A stretch of DNA of 63,954 nucleotides, the filler included, from Perkinsus chesapeaki ATCC PRA-425 (Eukaryota; Protista; Perkinsozoa): the NCBI GenBank assembly GCA_013115145.1. It is 12 parts of 12 records of this genome, joined end to end, with 100 filler letters (N's around TTAATTAATTAA, not from the genome) between each part and the next. Parts side by side here need not be neighbours in the genome. Positions count along the whole stretch, not along the records: positions 30,924 to 56,385 come from JAAPAO010000524.1; 11 more parts are not named here. One strand, given 5' to 3'. A program made the position numbers and the translations under genes. Numbering within the stretch: position 1 is the stretch's first letter; each line of letters begins with the position of its first letter. The notes beneath the pieces are model-generated. The model made no database searches, was not told the origin of the DNA, and was given only the letters and a program-made list of their open reading frames with translations. Shown in pieces: positions 36,888-49,313 of the stretch.

Positions 36888-37535
36888 TTAAGTTGAGCCC
36901 CCTTAAAAATGAACGAGAAGTCGACTTCCATGTTGGAGACTATGCGAAAACAGCAAGAGGATGATCGCCGGCAGAAAATTCAGGAGAGAAGACAAATGCA
37001 GTCGCCGAGGTCCTTGTCGTTCTTTGCCCAATTTTGTATGACCAGGCCGAAGGGCGATCCAAGGTGATAACGGGGGTCATATAGGCGGAGCATGATCCGG
37101 GGAGGATGGAGGCATTCGGCGCTTTCTTCCGGTCTAGGAATGTTATTTCTACCAAACTTCCGCTGCATCTCCTCTGCATTAGGATAACTCAATCGATCGG
37201 CGAAACACATATCGCCGTGATGGTAGATGAGTCTCCGGTTGGAATGTATTGACGTTATCGAAGGGTTATCTATTAAGCATTCAAATATCTTGGGGAAATA
37301 ATGCCTCTGCTCCATTCGCTTGGTGGCTTCGAATAAGTTGTTATTAGGCGTTGATGTGATAATGAAGAATAAGTGATTTAGGAGTAAATCAGTAGTTTAT
37401 AAATTGAGTTGTTATCATTATTGTTTCGGCTCAACCTCATCCGCCAGGTTTGTGTATAAAACCGTCTCATTGAGCCGCCATGTCGCTTTCCTGCCCAAAA
37501 TGACAGATATGTCCCCATGAGGCGTCTAAGCCAAT

Positions 37536-40500
37536 GTGTCGTTTAGATACGATGAGATCGAGAGGCATTGGGATAAGTACTTTGTGGTGATACCTGTGGG
37601 AAAGACTATTTCCGACTATATCGAAATTGGAGACAGAGTTGGCACAGGAAGCTTTGGGTCGGTGTATAAGTGTGCAAGGAGAGAGGAAGAGCCTTCTACT
37701 GGAGAGAAGGAGAGACAGGAGAGACAGGAGGATTTGAAGAATAAACGGCAAGGGGTAATAGGGGGGAGGGAGGGGGATATATAAATGTATTGAGAAAGAT
37801 AATATATAAATGTAATGAGGAGGAGGTGGCATGAAAATAATATATAATATTATTGTGATTCTTATGACTGTTTGCTGTTCTCATCCCACGTGGTGGTATC
37901 TGTTTTTTTCAGAGCTTTTGGAGCTGTACTGGTGGAGAGAGCACATCGTGCGATGCATATGAGTTTGATATTAGTAGGCAGGAGAGACCTCTTTGCGTTA
38001 AAGTAAGCACTGGGAGGGGGGGAGGAGGAGAGGGAGGAATGAAAATTAATATGGATTATGATAATATAATCTGGTTTATGATAATCAATTGGTAATGGAA
38101 AATAATGAAAATTTTACATGAAAATTAGATGGTATAATTTGTGACTAAAATATGGGGAGAAAGTGTATAGTAAGAATGTGTGGTAACAAATTTGTACAAA
38201 TAACTGTTCGTCTAACAGTTATTGATGTATCTACGAGTCTTTCAGCGAAGCGAAGCGATTTTTATTTCTTTTTTTTGTCAGGTAATTGAGAAGTCGTCTG
38301 GCAACACTCTTCGGGCTCGATTTGGATCAAAACTTCTAATCGCAGCGCTGGCAGCGAATCATCCTAATATCACCCGGTAATGACCGCGCGCCACAAAATT
38401 GGACGGCGCTCGAAATACTAGCGATTATTCCACTAGCGGGTAAACTACCCCGGGAGATTTGTATATCTTCGACATCTACTCCGATAGCGCGTTTTGTAGT
38501 GCGATGTTTTTAATATGATCACTTGAGGAGAAATGCGAATGTAATACTCGGTACTGTAGACATAACACAATTTCACCCTCATCGGGGAGTCAACAAAGTG
38601 GTAAATTATATAATATATAGTTTAGTATAATAATGTGTATAGTAGGAGATGAATGCTATAAATAAAAGTGATATTATAGTTGACTATATGGTAGCCTATG
38701 TGGTATATAATATATACTCTCCAGTAGGCAGTAGAATGTGTGGACTCTTATCGACACATAATTGGCAGGAGAGCTTCGCTCCGCTGTAGTTTTGTATGGT
38801 TTTGCCAGATACATTCAATTCCTTGAAGATGCCCGTCGGATGTATATCGTAATGGAGTTTTATACAGGACCAGATCTTTTTGACTATATCATTGATAATC
38901 GGCCGGTCTGTAAGGAGGATAAGGAGTTTTGTGGCGCGCGGTAATGCGCTCCTTGTTGTTTAGCGGAAGAGAAAGCGGCCTTCATTCTTGAACAAATTGC
39001 GCGCGCCACGAATTTCCTTCATACTGAGGGTGGCATGCACAGGGATTTGAAACCAGAAAACTTTATGTTCCAAGATGACGCTCCGGGAGCAGCTTTGAAA
39101 TTGGTGGATTTCGGTAAGGGTATGGAATCATCGCACTATGAAGAATATCTTCGAGCGTATCTTTCAGCTTTGAACGAATTCTTCTTTATTATCGCACTAT
39201 GAAGAATATCTTCAAGCGTATCTTTCAGCTTTGAACCAATTCTTCTTTATTATCGCACTATGAAGAATATCTTCAAGCGTATCTTTCAGCTTTGAACCAA
39301 TTCTTCTTTATTATCGCACTATGAAGAATATCTTCAAGCGTATCTTTCAGCTTTGAACGAATTCTTCTTTATTATCGCACTATGAAGAATATCTTCAAGC
39401 GTATCTTTCAGCTTTGAACCAATTCTTCTTTATNNNNNNNNNNNNNNNNNNNNNNNNNNNNNNNNNNNNNNNNNNNNNNNNNNNNNNNNNNNNNNNNNNN
39501 NNNNNNNNNNNNNNNNNNNNNNNNNNNNNNTTTATTATCGCACTATGAAGAATATCTTCAAGCGTATCTTTCAGCTTTGAACCAATTCTTCTTTATTATC
39601 GCACTCAGTAGAATATCTTGTGGCTTACCTTTTCACTTTTTCAAACTTGTATGTTCATCACTATCGCACCCGAAAGAGTATCGTTCGGCGCATCTTTTCA
39701 AAAAGTTGCGCACTGTGAATAATTCCAGGTAGTGCAACAAGTCGGAATCCCTATGACCCCCGGACACCAATGCCGATGGGGTCTGATCTTGAAAGGAGAA
39801 TCATGGCTGCTGAGAAAGAGAAGAAGCTTATGGGGAATGAGTCGACCTCGATAGCATTTCCTGAGAACAGCAGCAGTAGTTCACATACCGCCAGAAGAAT
39901 CGGTAAGATGGTAAATGGATTAGATATATCTAGAATCGGACGGATAAAGATTCCGTATAGTATACTTCGATGCAATTAGCGTATAGGTCGAGCTTCTTGC
40001 CCCCCAGATTTTTCTAGCCTCTCCACTCTACCGTGGAGTGGCGAGTAGTACATGAAGTCGGTAAGGTGTTCTTTGAGATGGAAACCATTTACCATCAAGA
40101 ATTATATATTAGTGTTATTTAGAGATGATATATTATAGAACTATTCATATTATTTATTAATAGTGAATGTAGTCGCACTGCTGGCAAGAAAAAAGCCTGT
40201 TCTTCGAGATAGCTTCGTTGGTGAGATGAACAACAGGAGAATGGTGGGGCAGGAAGGGTGAAATAATAATGTTGATTACAGCACGCTGCTGCTGCTGTTG
40301 AAAGTTGTTGTGGAACATAATACAAAGAAGGGCACGCAACTTCTTACTCGCCTACGGTTACGGTTACACAACTTCTTACTCGCCTACGGTTACGGTTACA
40401 CAACTTATGTGGCAGAATGATCCAACTTAGATAATCGCCTACTCATCACTTTTCTCGTATAAATCCATGCGCCGTACGCACTTGTAATCAACAATCACCC

Positions 40501-42378
40501 TGCCCAGTATTTAACGGTTTCTTCTAGCGTCTGAGCGACACTACTGATCACATCTATGCACACTTAGCAAGTAGTGCAGTAGCTTGCTGAAATAGTCAGT
40601 TCCGTGGAACTCCGATTCCCGTCTCGGTCTCGCCTGTTCCCGTTTTAAATAGTGTATTCTGTTTCGAAGGTAGTTGCTGCTGTTGCTCTGGGAGGGAAGA
40701 GTTGTCATCAGTGATAACTTATCAGGTACTGGTATATCGTCGGTTGGTAGTGTCGACAGTACTCAACCTAGAAGATCGATGTCGGTGGTTGGAACCACAG
40801 GGTGAGTTGGATAGCCTAGTGGGGATGATTCCCTAAAACAGGGGATATGAGTATGAATGTTGAATGGAAACCCAACGCCTGACTTCCCCAGCAATCATGG
40901 GGGTCTCCACTCTTCTTCAATATATTGTAGGAAGTTGTCAGCGAGTTGATGAACACTAGACGTTTTAGTGTATATTTTATAGGTAGTCTGCGGTTGATTA
41001 TTTTCACTATGATCCATTTCGATTTCGAATCCGGGAAATATTCGAGTTGAGAGCTTTCGAATAGTGCAGGTCTCGGGTCCTAACTCGTTGGCATCGGCTA
41101 CTCTGTTTGTGAGTAGAAAGCCTGTATTATAAGCTTAGGCGATCTCGCGTGTCAGCTAATCTCGCCGCGTTGACTGTCTGGATCTCACTGGCAAAATTAG
41201 GTTCTTTTCATCAGTTACTGTGGTCCTGAAGTCTTTACGGGATCATATGATGAAAAATGTGATATCTTCTCGGCCGGCGTGATCCTCTTCGTCATGCTTA
41301 CCGGAGAGATGCCGTTTGAGTGTAAAAATGTTGAGCAGTATAAGGCGAGTTTGGAGAAAGCTGGAAGATTCGGATTGGATAAAATACTGTGCGAGTGAGT
41401 AGTGGGGGGAGGGGGTGAAAGATGGGAGGAGGACCGGAACATATAGGGAACAGGGCTGGAGCATATATCTTGGCGTGATAAGTGATGTATAATGGTGAAC
41501 AGAAATTCTTCTAAATGCCATCTTTTACTATTTGCGATGAAGTTTCTGACACTGTCATTTCCAAGTCAACATGTGTAGGTGGCTGCATGCCGCATAGTGT
41601 AGATATTCACTTAGTTATACTTAAAGTAGTTTTAGATAGGTTAGTACAGTACGCGTCATCCAGAAGGCGCGCTCCCTGACAATCGATTTATATCTCAAGT
41701 CCAAAGTTAAGTTTTCACTTAATTCAATAATCACTATCTACCTTAGAAATATCACTAATCATGGAATCCAAGCCGCGAATCCGAACACCCAAAATACACC
41801 CACTTTTATGGGCATTCTCGAACCATGGTTTGGGGGAGTTTAATATATATCTAGTATAGATATACAGTATGTCACATACTTGCTCAGGCTGCTGTATGGA
41901 GAGGTTGGGGAAGTAGTCTTTTGGCAGATACCGTGGAGATAGGTGTGCTAGTATGTCTAAGGAAGCGAAGGATTTGGTTTTCAAAATGCTGGAAATCGAT
42001 CCAAGAAAAAGACTATCAGCGAGAGGAGTGCTGGAGCACCCTTTTATTAAAAAGTACAGGGAGAAGAGGGAAAATGAACAAAATGTAACAAAGTGTGAGC
42101 GGAGCGAAGCAGAAGGGATTGTTCAGGAAATTCATCCCTTAATTGAAGATGCTCCAGGCTCAGCGTCGTCGACGGCTTGCCCGAATGCTAGACGATCCTC
42201 GTCCTTCGGCGGTGATCGTGCGAACTCACTCCATGCATCTGATGTGGCACCGGTTCGAAACGAGGGCCCGACATTTCAGAGTCGCCGTCCGGATCAATGG
42301 TATCTAGGCGGGTTTTTTAGTAACATCTTCAAGAAGTTGGATAGCGGAAAAAAGACGATAAAAAATGATGGAAAGTAG
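37536..42378 (+). CDS. CAMK/CDPK-related Ser/Thr protein kinase, multi-exon, no EF-hands seen
   Basis: GTGSFGSVYK; LCVK|VIEK; HPNI; MYIVMEFYTGPDLFDYI; HRDLKPENFMF; LKLVDFG; YCGPEV; YDEKCDIFSAGVILFVMLTGEMPF; SKEAKDLVFKMLEIDPRKRLSA..VLEHPFI. One GC donor (GCGAGT, 41345). The start exon was not resolved. Confidence 0.88.
39130..39605. repeat. 61-bp intronic minisatellite spanning an assembly gap
   Basis: ATCGCACTATGAAGAATATCTTCAAGCGTATCTTTCAGCTTTGAA(C/G)(C/G)AATTCTTCTTTATT has five copies before the gap and more than one after. It starts 16 nt after the kinase DFG-exon donor (39114). Confidence 0.97.
40337..40406. repeat. 32-bp tandem duplication inside a kinase intron
   Basis: CAACTTCTTACTCGCCTACGGTTACGGTTACA starts at 40337 and 40369, with a partial copy at 40401. 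Confidence 0.9.
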
Positions 42379-42577
42379 CCTCCTTGCAGGTTCGTCATTG
42401 ACGGTAGAAATGATGATAGAAATTATACTCTTTAAATGTTTACGAAAACAACTCAGTTCGCCTGAGGTTTCTATTCGGTTATGGTTCGGAATTGGGTTAG
42501 GAATTCACGGGAGGGGGGGGGGAGTAGTGGAGACCTATTCTAGGGGGAAAGATTTGAAGAAGATCGGTAATGTGTGA

Positions 42578-42823
42578 TAATAAGGGAAGGGAGCGGTATT
42601 ACCAAATAGAATACGTTAATAAGGGAAGGGAGCGGTATGACCAAATAGAAGNNNNNNNNNNNNNNNNNNNNNNNNNNNNNNNNNNNNNNNNNNNNNNNNN
42701 NNNNNNNNNNNNNNNNNNNNNNNNNNNNNNNNNNNNNNNNNNNNNNNNTAATAAGGGAAGGGAGCGGTATTACCAAATAGAATACGTTAATAAGGGAAGG
42801 GAGCGGTATGACCAAATAGAATA
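42578..42823. repeat. 39-bp minisatellite with alternating variants, spanning an assembly gap
   Basis: TAATAAGGGAAGGGAGCGGTAT(T/G)ACCAAATAGAATACGT. The T and G variants alternate on both sides of the gap. It starts ~11 nt after a donor-like GTAATG (42567). Confidence 0.93.
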
Positions 42824-42932
42824 TTTTAATGTTAACAAACAATTTAGATCCTTCTGTTGAGCAAACTACCTATGCACTAGTCTCGAGTGCCACTTGCCGA
42901 CTTTAAGAACTTTTCCAAGTCCGTGTAATGTC

Positions 42933-42933
<1 letters not shown>

Positions 42934-42966
<33 letters not shown>
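42934..42966 (+). repeat. (TCA)11 microsatellite, possibly encoding poly-Ser
   Basis: Direct reading of the sequence. It lies within ORF 42928-43197. Confidence 0.9.
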
Positions 42967-42968
<2 letters not shown>

Positions 42969-43654
42969 GAAATCGTATTATTCCGCAAGTACTGAGTTAC
43001 CACTGACAGAACCATGGCACTGGGGTGAAATAAGACTGCCGTGTATGGTGTTTAGGGTTAAGAAGGGAGAGCATGAGCGAATAAAGGAGGTGAGTTTAAG
43101 AATGGCTACTTATCAAGCTGTGTTATGTTGTAAGAAGAAGTATTCATTATCAATACTCAGTAAGCATGTCGTATTTATTATTGAAGTACTTTTATAAAAA
43201 AGTGTATTTAGTATTAGAGAAAAGAGAGTATTTAAGATGTTGGGAATTCCCCAATAGCAGCGGAGGCTTACTAAACTTGTAATATGAAAGCACATAAATA
43301 TACAGTGTTCTACATATACTGTTATGAGCCATCATTTGAGCAATATGAATGAGTATTTGGTTATTGCGACTAGTCTTGTTTTTTGTGACCGCAAAAGATT
43401 CGGTGTCCTTGTAGCCACCCTCTCGAAAGGTCTTCCCGGTGTTCTCGAAGTGTCCGAGGGATCGAACATTCCAATGCTGGGATGGTCAGATGGATGGTAG
43501 GACATTCTCAATGGGAATTTACGTTTACAAATTTTTGTATTTTTTTCATTTTTTTCATTTTCCATAATTTTGCGGGAATTCGTGCTGTACCATACATTCT
43601 GTATGTGTGGTACAGCGCATTCTGGTAATTAATTTAGTAATTAGGTAATTAATT

Positions 43655-43736
43655 TAGCGCATTTGGTATTCATTTTGCGCACATTTTGTGCGCAAAACGG
43701 GGGTCGCAGGTTCGAATCCCGGCTAAGACATTTTTT
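43655..43736 (+). ncRNA. tRNA-derived, Pol III-type unit (SINE head or small ncRNA candidate)
   Basis: A-box-like TAGCGCATTTGGTA (43655-43668), a perfect 10-bp hairpin TTTTGCGCAC-ATTTT-GTGCGCAAAA (43673-43697), B-box GGTTCGAATCC (43709-43719), then a T6 run (43731-43736). The acceptor stem does not pair. Confidence 0.45.
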
Positions 43737-45599
43737 AGAAAAACCCAATCTCAATGGCCAAAAGACCCCACGGCTGGCTCCTATAGTACCATAGAGCCAT
43801 AGTAGGTGCCCCAAAAAATTACCAGAGAGGGACCGAGGAATAAACTCGAGTTATCAGCTGTGAGGCATGGATTTACCTCACAGCTCGGTGGCCTACGTGA
43901 CCGGGACTGGAAGTACTTTACTTCGAAGCACCTCGTGTTCCGAATAAAGCATGGATGTCTTCCTTTTTGTTTATTGGATTTCCATGACGGGAGCTTCGTT
44001 GGAAGTCTCTCGTGGGTCTCGCTTGTGTTGCTGACGTAGGGCTTGTGCAGGCAAAGGCAGGGCTACGCCGTTGCGGGGTCAGGTGGCTCGGCTGCACAGA
44101 CTGTACAGCACACTAGAATCACATATAGAGAGAGTAGTCACCTTGGGTTCCGTCAGAGCTTTAGCGCTACTCTGAACTCTGTATTATGACTAGAATCAAA
44201 CGTGACCTCAGGCTGAGGTCCTCAGTCATACCTGTGAATGTGGGCGTTATATATTATGCATGCCCCACTGGCGGCCCCAGTAACGTCTGCAGCATTAAAC
44301 TCCCCATTTGAGGGTTCTCTGGAAAAACGTCCCCAGAGCCAGGCTGACTTTATATTGATGGTGTGGCCAAGCTCGAAAGTATCGGTCGAATTTCGATCAT
44401 CGAAACCTCCACTAACCGTGCTGATGTACTGTAAGTTGTCATACAAAATGTGCGCAAATCTTTGAAGTGCCATATTTTTGGGTCGCAGTCATCCCAGACG
44501 ATAAGCTCTACAGTTTTAAACTCCTAAAGCATTAAAGAGTTCAAGTCCGTCGTAAAAAACTTAGTGAATTAAATCCCATCTCAGCCCCGTCTCAGGCCAC
44601 CTGTGGTTAGAACGCGCTATGGTTTCATTGCTTAACATTTCCTGTGTTGTACGCCAGTTTTTACACTGGTGTATAACAGTTTCACGCGTAACAGCGGCAG
44701 TGCATCTCCTACGAATCATCATCCTTGTCTTCCTAACTCGAACATATGGCTGGATTTTGTCAACGGTGCACAATCGGTACTACCGATTTGCTACTACTAG
44801 TAGTACCTGGAGAGATACGCCGAGCGACGCACAGTACTCGGAAGTGACGCATATGCTAACATTGCCGTATAGTTGAAGGTTAATGACCATTTCAAGATTT
44901 TGCCATTTTTGCCAAGAAGTCGGGAAAAGAATCCAGTTTTGAAGTGAAGAGCGCTTTCGTCACTTGCACTCACGTCGAAATTAAACAGTCGGATGTGTTT
45001 CTCCGCTTTTCGGGTTAATATCTCGCCAAGTATTGGACGCTCGCGAGATAATTATGGAGTAATATGAATTTTAATAATCTTGGATAACTTCTACAATATT
45101 CCCTCGGATGTGGATACCGAATGGTGGGTACTTAGATCAGCCTTGTAAAGTCATACTGCTAGCAGGACGCTTTGAAAACCTTGACGGACCGCGACTGATC
45201 AGTGGAATGAGAAGCGGCGAGCTTCCCAGTCATGCGTCAGTCACAAGTGCGGCATTCTCGGACTCGCGGCACTTCGTTGTGCAGAGGTCGGAAGTGGGTC
45301 AAAACGAATGTTTCGGAAATGATTCAGCTGACGTCGCGACTCGTGCTCATACATTACCCCGGACGGCCGAACGCAAGTGATCGGATGAACCGGAAAGGTG
45401 TTCTGCTGGGTGGACTCTGAGGAAGACCAACTCCCATGTGAAAGCGACCAGGTCAGCCAGTGGCTTGGTGACATAGAATTAATCATGCCACTGAGGGGAC
45501 AAGCCGGAATTCATCATGCCGGAATAATAACCCGTAAAATATTGACATACGATAATAGTTGTTAATACCGTAGCGGAGTCTACCGCAAACCATTGAATG

Positions 45600-46031
45600 T
45601 TACCATTGTGGGCGCTTGAGTAGTAACCTAAGTTTACCACACAGGTATAACTTAACATCACTTGGGGTCTTGTCGTTGTAGATGAAATTTTCAAATTCAT
45701 CAGCTAGCAGTTCAATGTTGAAGAAGTCTTTAATATCATCTTTAAGCTCCTTGTAGATATCAGGCTTGATTGTAATGTTAAAGTTGCCGTGCGGTGGGAT
45801 GGGCTTCCTTTGCCCATTATAGAATACCACGAGGTGAGAGAAATCAACAGTCAGCGGAGTGCCTCTTGGACGCCAAAGTCGAATAGTGGCTTCGCCTTCC
45901 TCAAATTCGATAGATATATAACCATCGCCTTGCACCAGACTAAAGTTCCCTATGGGAGAAGACATTCCAAAAGCATAGGTAACAATGTTGCAATAAAGTG
46001 AAACGTAAATACCGATCGTCATCAGCATCAT
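45600..46031 (-). CDS. Small intronless putative secreted protein (~143 aa), lineage-specific
   Basis: Hydrophobic N-terminus (MMLMTIGIYVSLYCNIVTYAFG), then PIGNFSL and a beta-rich body ending LRLLLKR. Confidence 0.55.
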   Translation of the reverse strand: MMLMTIGIYVSLYCNIVTYAFGMSSPIGNFSLVQGDGYISIEFEEGEATIRLWRPRGTPLTVDFSHLVVFYNGQRKPIPPHGNFNITIKPDIYKELKDDIKDFFNIELLADEFENFIYNDKTPSDVKLYLCGKLRLLLKRPQW

Positions 46032-46597
46032 CGTGCAGAGTAAGCGTGTCGAAATTCGTAAGCCACATAACGGCGGAACCATGGCGCCCATGGCCCATGG
46101 CATGGCCCGTTTTGGCGCCTGCCACTCTATATAACGCCCCTCGGTAATGATGTCTCGGGTGAACACAATTTGATTTATGAAGACGATACCAGACGGTAAT
46201 TCGCAGTAAAAACTAGGAGCCCCAGAAGTGTGTTGCTCGATTGTACGCTTGGCTCCAGAGCGAAGTGGCAAGGGTCATATGGACGGTCCGATCCAGAAGG
46301 TGGTGGAACAGTCAATCTGCTCCACTGAAACTTCGAAGATGCATGAAGTGTTAACGCTGAGCATATGAGTAGGTCGTACGAAATACCAGGACACTTAACG
46401 AGATAAACACTATAGAGTGGTCGAATTGGCTAAGATTTCGGCCTGAAACGTACGGAGCAGCTATCTGGGACGTGTAATCTCACGATCGGCGAGCGGGCGG
46501 CACAACCGCCTGATAGGCGGCGCCTGTCAGGCGCCTAATACCACCGCGGTCTCTCAGGATTCAGGACGGTCAATTTTTAGCGTGTCAATTTCGACCG

Positions 46598-46866
46598 GTG
46601 CGCCTATCCGATCTTTTGCGCTTCACGCGGCGCGGACACAACTTCTGGAATAGATACAGTAGAACTGTTGGTGTTTTTCTGACAGACGTCACGCGCCACG
46701 AAAATATCGTCCAGTGGCGCCGGCCTCCGAGGGAATACTATTGCAGTAGTGTTCCGCGGTGTGGTACAGCGCCAGCTGGAATGCCAACGTGGATGCTCGA
46801 CAAAGGGAATCTTTATCGATCGAAATCTGTTACTCTCGACAAATATTGGCTTTATGCAAATCCAAG
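46598..46866 (+). CDS. Probable coding exon of a hypothetical basic protein
   Basis: Open, Trp/Arg-rich, protein-like stretch ending at donor-like AAG|GTAGG. No family recognised. Confidence 0.3.
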
Positions 46867-47200
46867 GTAGGCTGCTTTCAAGGATCATCTTAGGAGCGCC
46901 TCTTGTCCCTTCACATTCGTAACTGTGTTATGTTGCATATATTGGTTAATTGTGATTAAATAAACCCCGTTACGAAATAATAGAACATCACATAAATTTT
47001 AAATAACTCCTTCAATTTGAGGAGTTTCTTGAAGTGTTTTTGACAGTTAAGCCTCTAGACTGTATAAATCATGACAGATGTGCGAGTGATGCATTTCTCG
47101 CTCGCCCAGTAAATTTTCGTGAAACTGCCGGAAACTGCGCGGTTACAAAATTATAGAACCTTCCGGGTTTCACTCTGGTCACTGAATTGGCCTAGGCTAT

Positions 47201-47320
47201 TTAATTTGTTCTGGGTTATATTGACTTGGTCTGGGCTTTTACTAATTTGTTCGTGGCAATATTAACTTGGTCTGGGCTTTTACTAATTTCTTCGTGGCAA
47301 TATTAACTTGTTCTGGGTTC
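47201..47320. repeat. Degenerate 41-bp tandem repeat (~3 copies)
   Basis: ACTTG(G/T)TCTGGG starts at 47224, 47265 and 47306. Confidence 0.75.
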
Positions 47321-48545
47321 TCACTGAGAACTTTACACTAATTTGGTCTTGGCTTATACGAATTGGATCTTGAAATGGTGTAGTGGGAAGTAAGGGAGCA
47401 TGAACACTACAAGGCATAACTCATGGTCTTTCTAAGAAAATACAATACGAAGCATTAGCATCTTGTAATAGTAACTCGGGCATGTGTGTGAGTATTATTG
47501 CGAGGATTATGATTGTGGTGGTACTGGGAGAATTGGCAATCACAGCGAGTTTGCTTTGGTTGATGTGTGCTGCTGGTCTATATAATCGGGACTGCATTAT
47601 TGGCAATAATTCGTTGCATTTCCTATTCAGTTACCATCCAGCTCGGGTTGATGTCTTCACAGAGTCTAGCAACATTCCCATGCGTACACGTAGCACTATC
47701 GGTTTGCGATCAGCTAGAGTTCGACGAGTGTTCTAACTCATTACCATGTTAACCGACTCGTTGTAAGTTGTGAAATATGTTGTGTTTTTTCTTTTACTCG
47801 AGCGAATATCTTCCTTCAAGTATGCAGGGTGTTCGTTGCACGACGGTGTGGCCGTTGGTTATATAAGGAAGTATTTCCTTTTCGTCTCAGATACGGCACG
47901 TCTCAGCGATTCTCGAAGTGCGCTCCATTGTGTTAGAATCTAGCATATAGTATTTCATGAACGTGGTCTCTTATTAGTTGTAATATATTTTCAGTAATTG
48001 TTATTTTATGGTAGCGGCCCCGGCCCATCGCTCCCTGTCTAGGGCGCAACTTGAGCAATGTCGGCTAGCGTTTGAGTTTTTAGATGAGCAACGGTGAGTT
48101 ATCACATCCCTCTGAGTTCTCATTCGCCAAATAATATTTCGAAAGTTCTAGTGACTGGCCACTCTGGAGAGGTCATGTTACTCTAAGTCAGGCGCAGTGC
48201 TCTCTCGGCGAGTTTAGTAATAGAACTACTTCCTGTTCAATCGAGACTCGCACAAGATTTTTTCCGTTTCGATAAGGTTGCCGGCCCTCTACGAAATGTT
48301 AGCGTGAATCCTAAGCAAATAGTTTCTTGCACAGTAAGTTCTTAATTTCGAGCTGATTTATACGAGTCCTATCAACCTTTCCGAAATTAGCAATCTAACA
48401 TTACATCTCATATGACTTGTGGTTTATGAAGGGTGTGGTTCACACCATGTGAAAGCTATATGTGGCTATTGCAATCTGCAGTAATAGTAGGCCGAAAAGT
48501 CTTATTACCGAAGTAATCGATGAGATATAATGGCGGTCTCTTTCA

Positions 48546-49313
48546 TTGGACAGACCCGACTCATGGTTGATCAGGAAAGGAGTTCTGGAGGTGGATACAG
48601 GTCTTGGCCACTTTTGGAGGTTGGCAGGCTTCTGTCCCACAGATGAGCAGGTGCAGATTCTGATAGAAAAACTGAAAAATGATAAAGTACGTTGTTCCAC
48701 GAGTTTTTTGCTAATGGCCTGGAATTTTGACCAGGTAGAGTTGATAGATTTCCACCGTGCTGTAGACATTACCCGTAAGGAGCTCCTTCCATTCGCCTGC
48801 GACTCGGTTACTCTTTTGAATTCGACGCAAGAAGCGATCAAGCTTCTCGGACGATCAAATACAGGTGAGCTTTCACGCAGAGTTCCTTTGCCACGGAAGA
48901 GGAAAAGATTGCTGAAAAAAATGCTAAAGTTGTGTTGCGTGCTGGGAATGCGTGTTGCTTATATTTCACGATGCGTTCGCGACATGGAAGACTTTTCTGA
49001 ACCAGGTGAGGTATCATAAGTGTCTAATAGTTATGTCAAAAGGATATAATGATTTTGTGAATACTCATGGAAAAATCGCAGAAAAACCGTTCTTGCTAAA
49101 GTTTTGTTGCGCACTGTATTTCTGAATTGCCAAACTGAAGGGGCAGCTGCACCTCGATTCACTAGTACAAGTTGGGTAGGTTTCCCTGGACCACCAAGTG
49201 AAAAGATATCTATAGCTAACTTGCGCGCTAGGATGGTATCTTCCACTGATCAACGCAGTATAAATAATTTCGAAAGGATGATCCAGGAGATGGGATACAA
49301 AGGAGACGAGGAG
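48546..49313 (+). CDS. Calmodulin/myosin-light-chain-like degenerate EF-hand protein (partial, multi-exon)
   Basis: LAGFCPTDEQVQILIEKL resembles the LGxNPTExEL linker of CaM/MLC. Also present: VELIDF and KISIANLR...FERMIQEMGYKGDEE. GT-AG introns interrupt the ORF. Confidence 0.4.

Noticed and set aside
46415-46460. Possible tRNA 5' half (GTGGTCGAATTGGCTAAGATT...CTGAAA) that could partner the 3' halves as a split tRNA
   Set aside because: The anticodon stem pairs poorly and no acceptor strand complements any of the 3' fragments.
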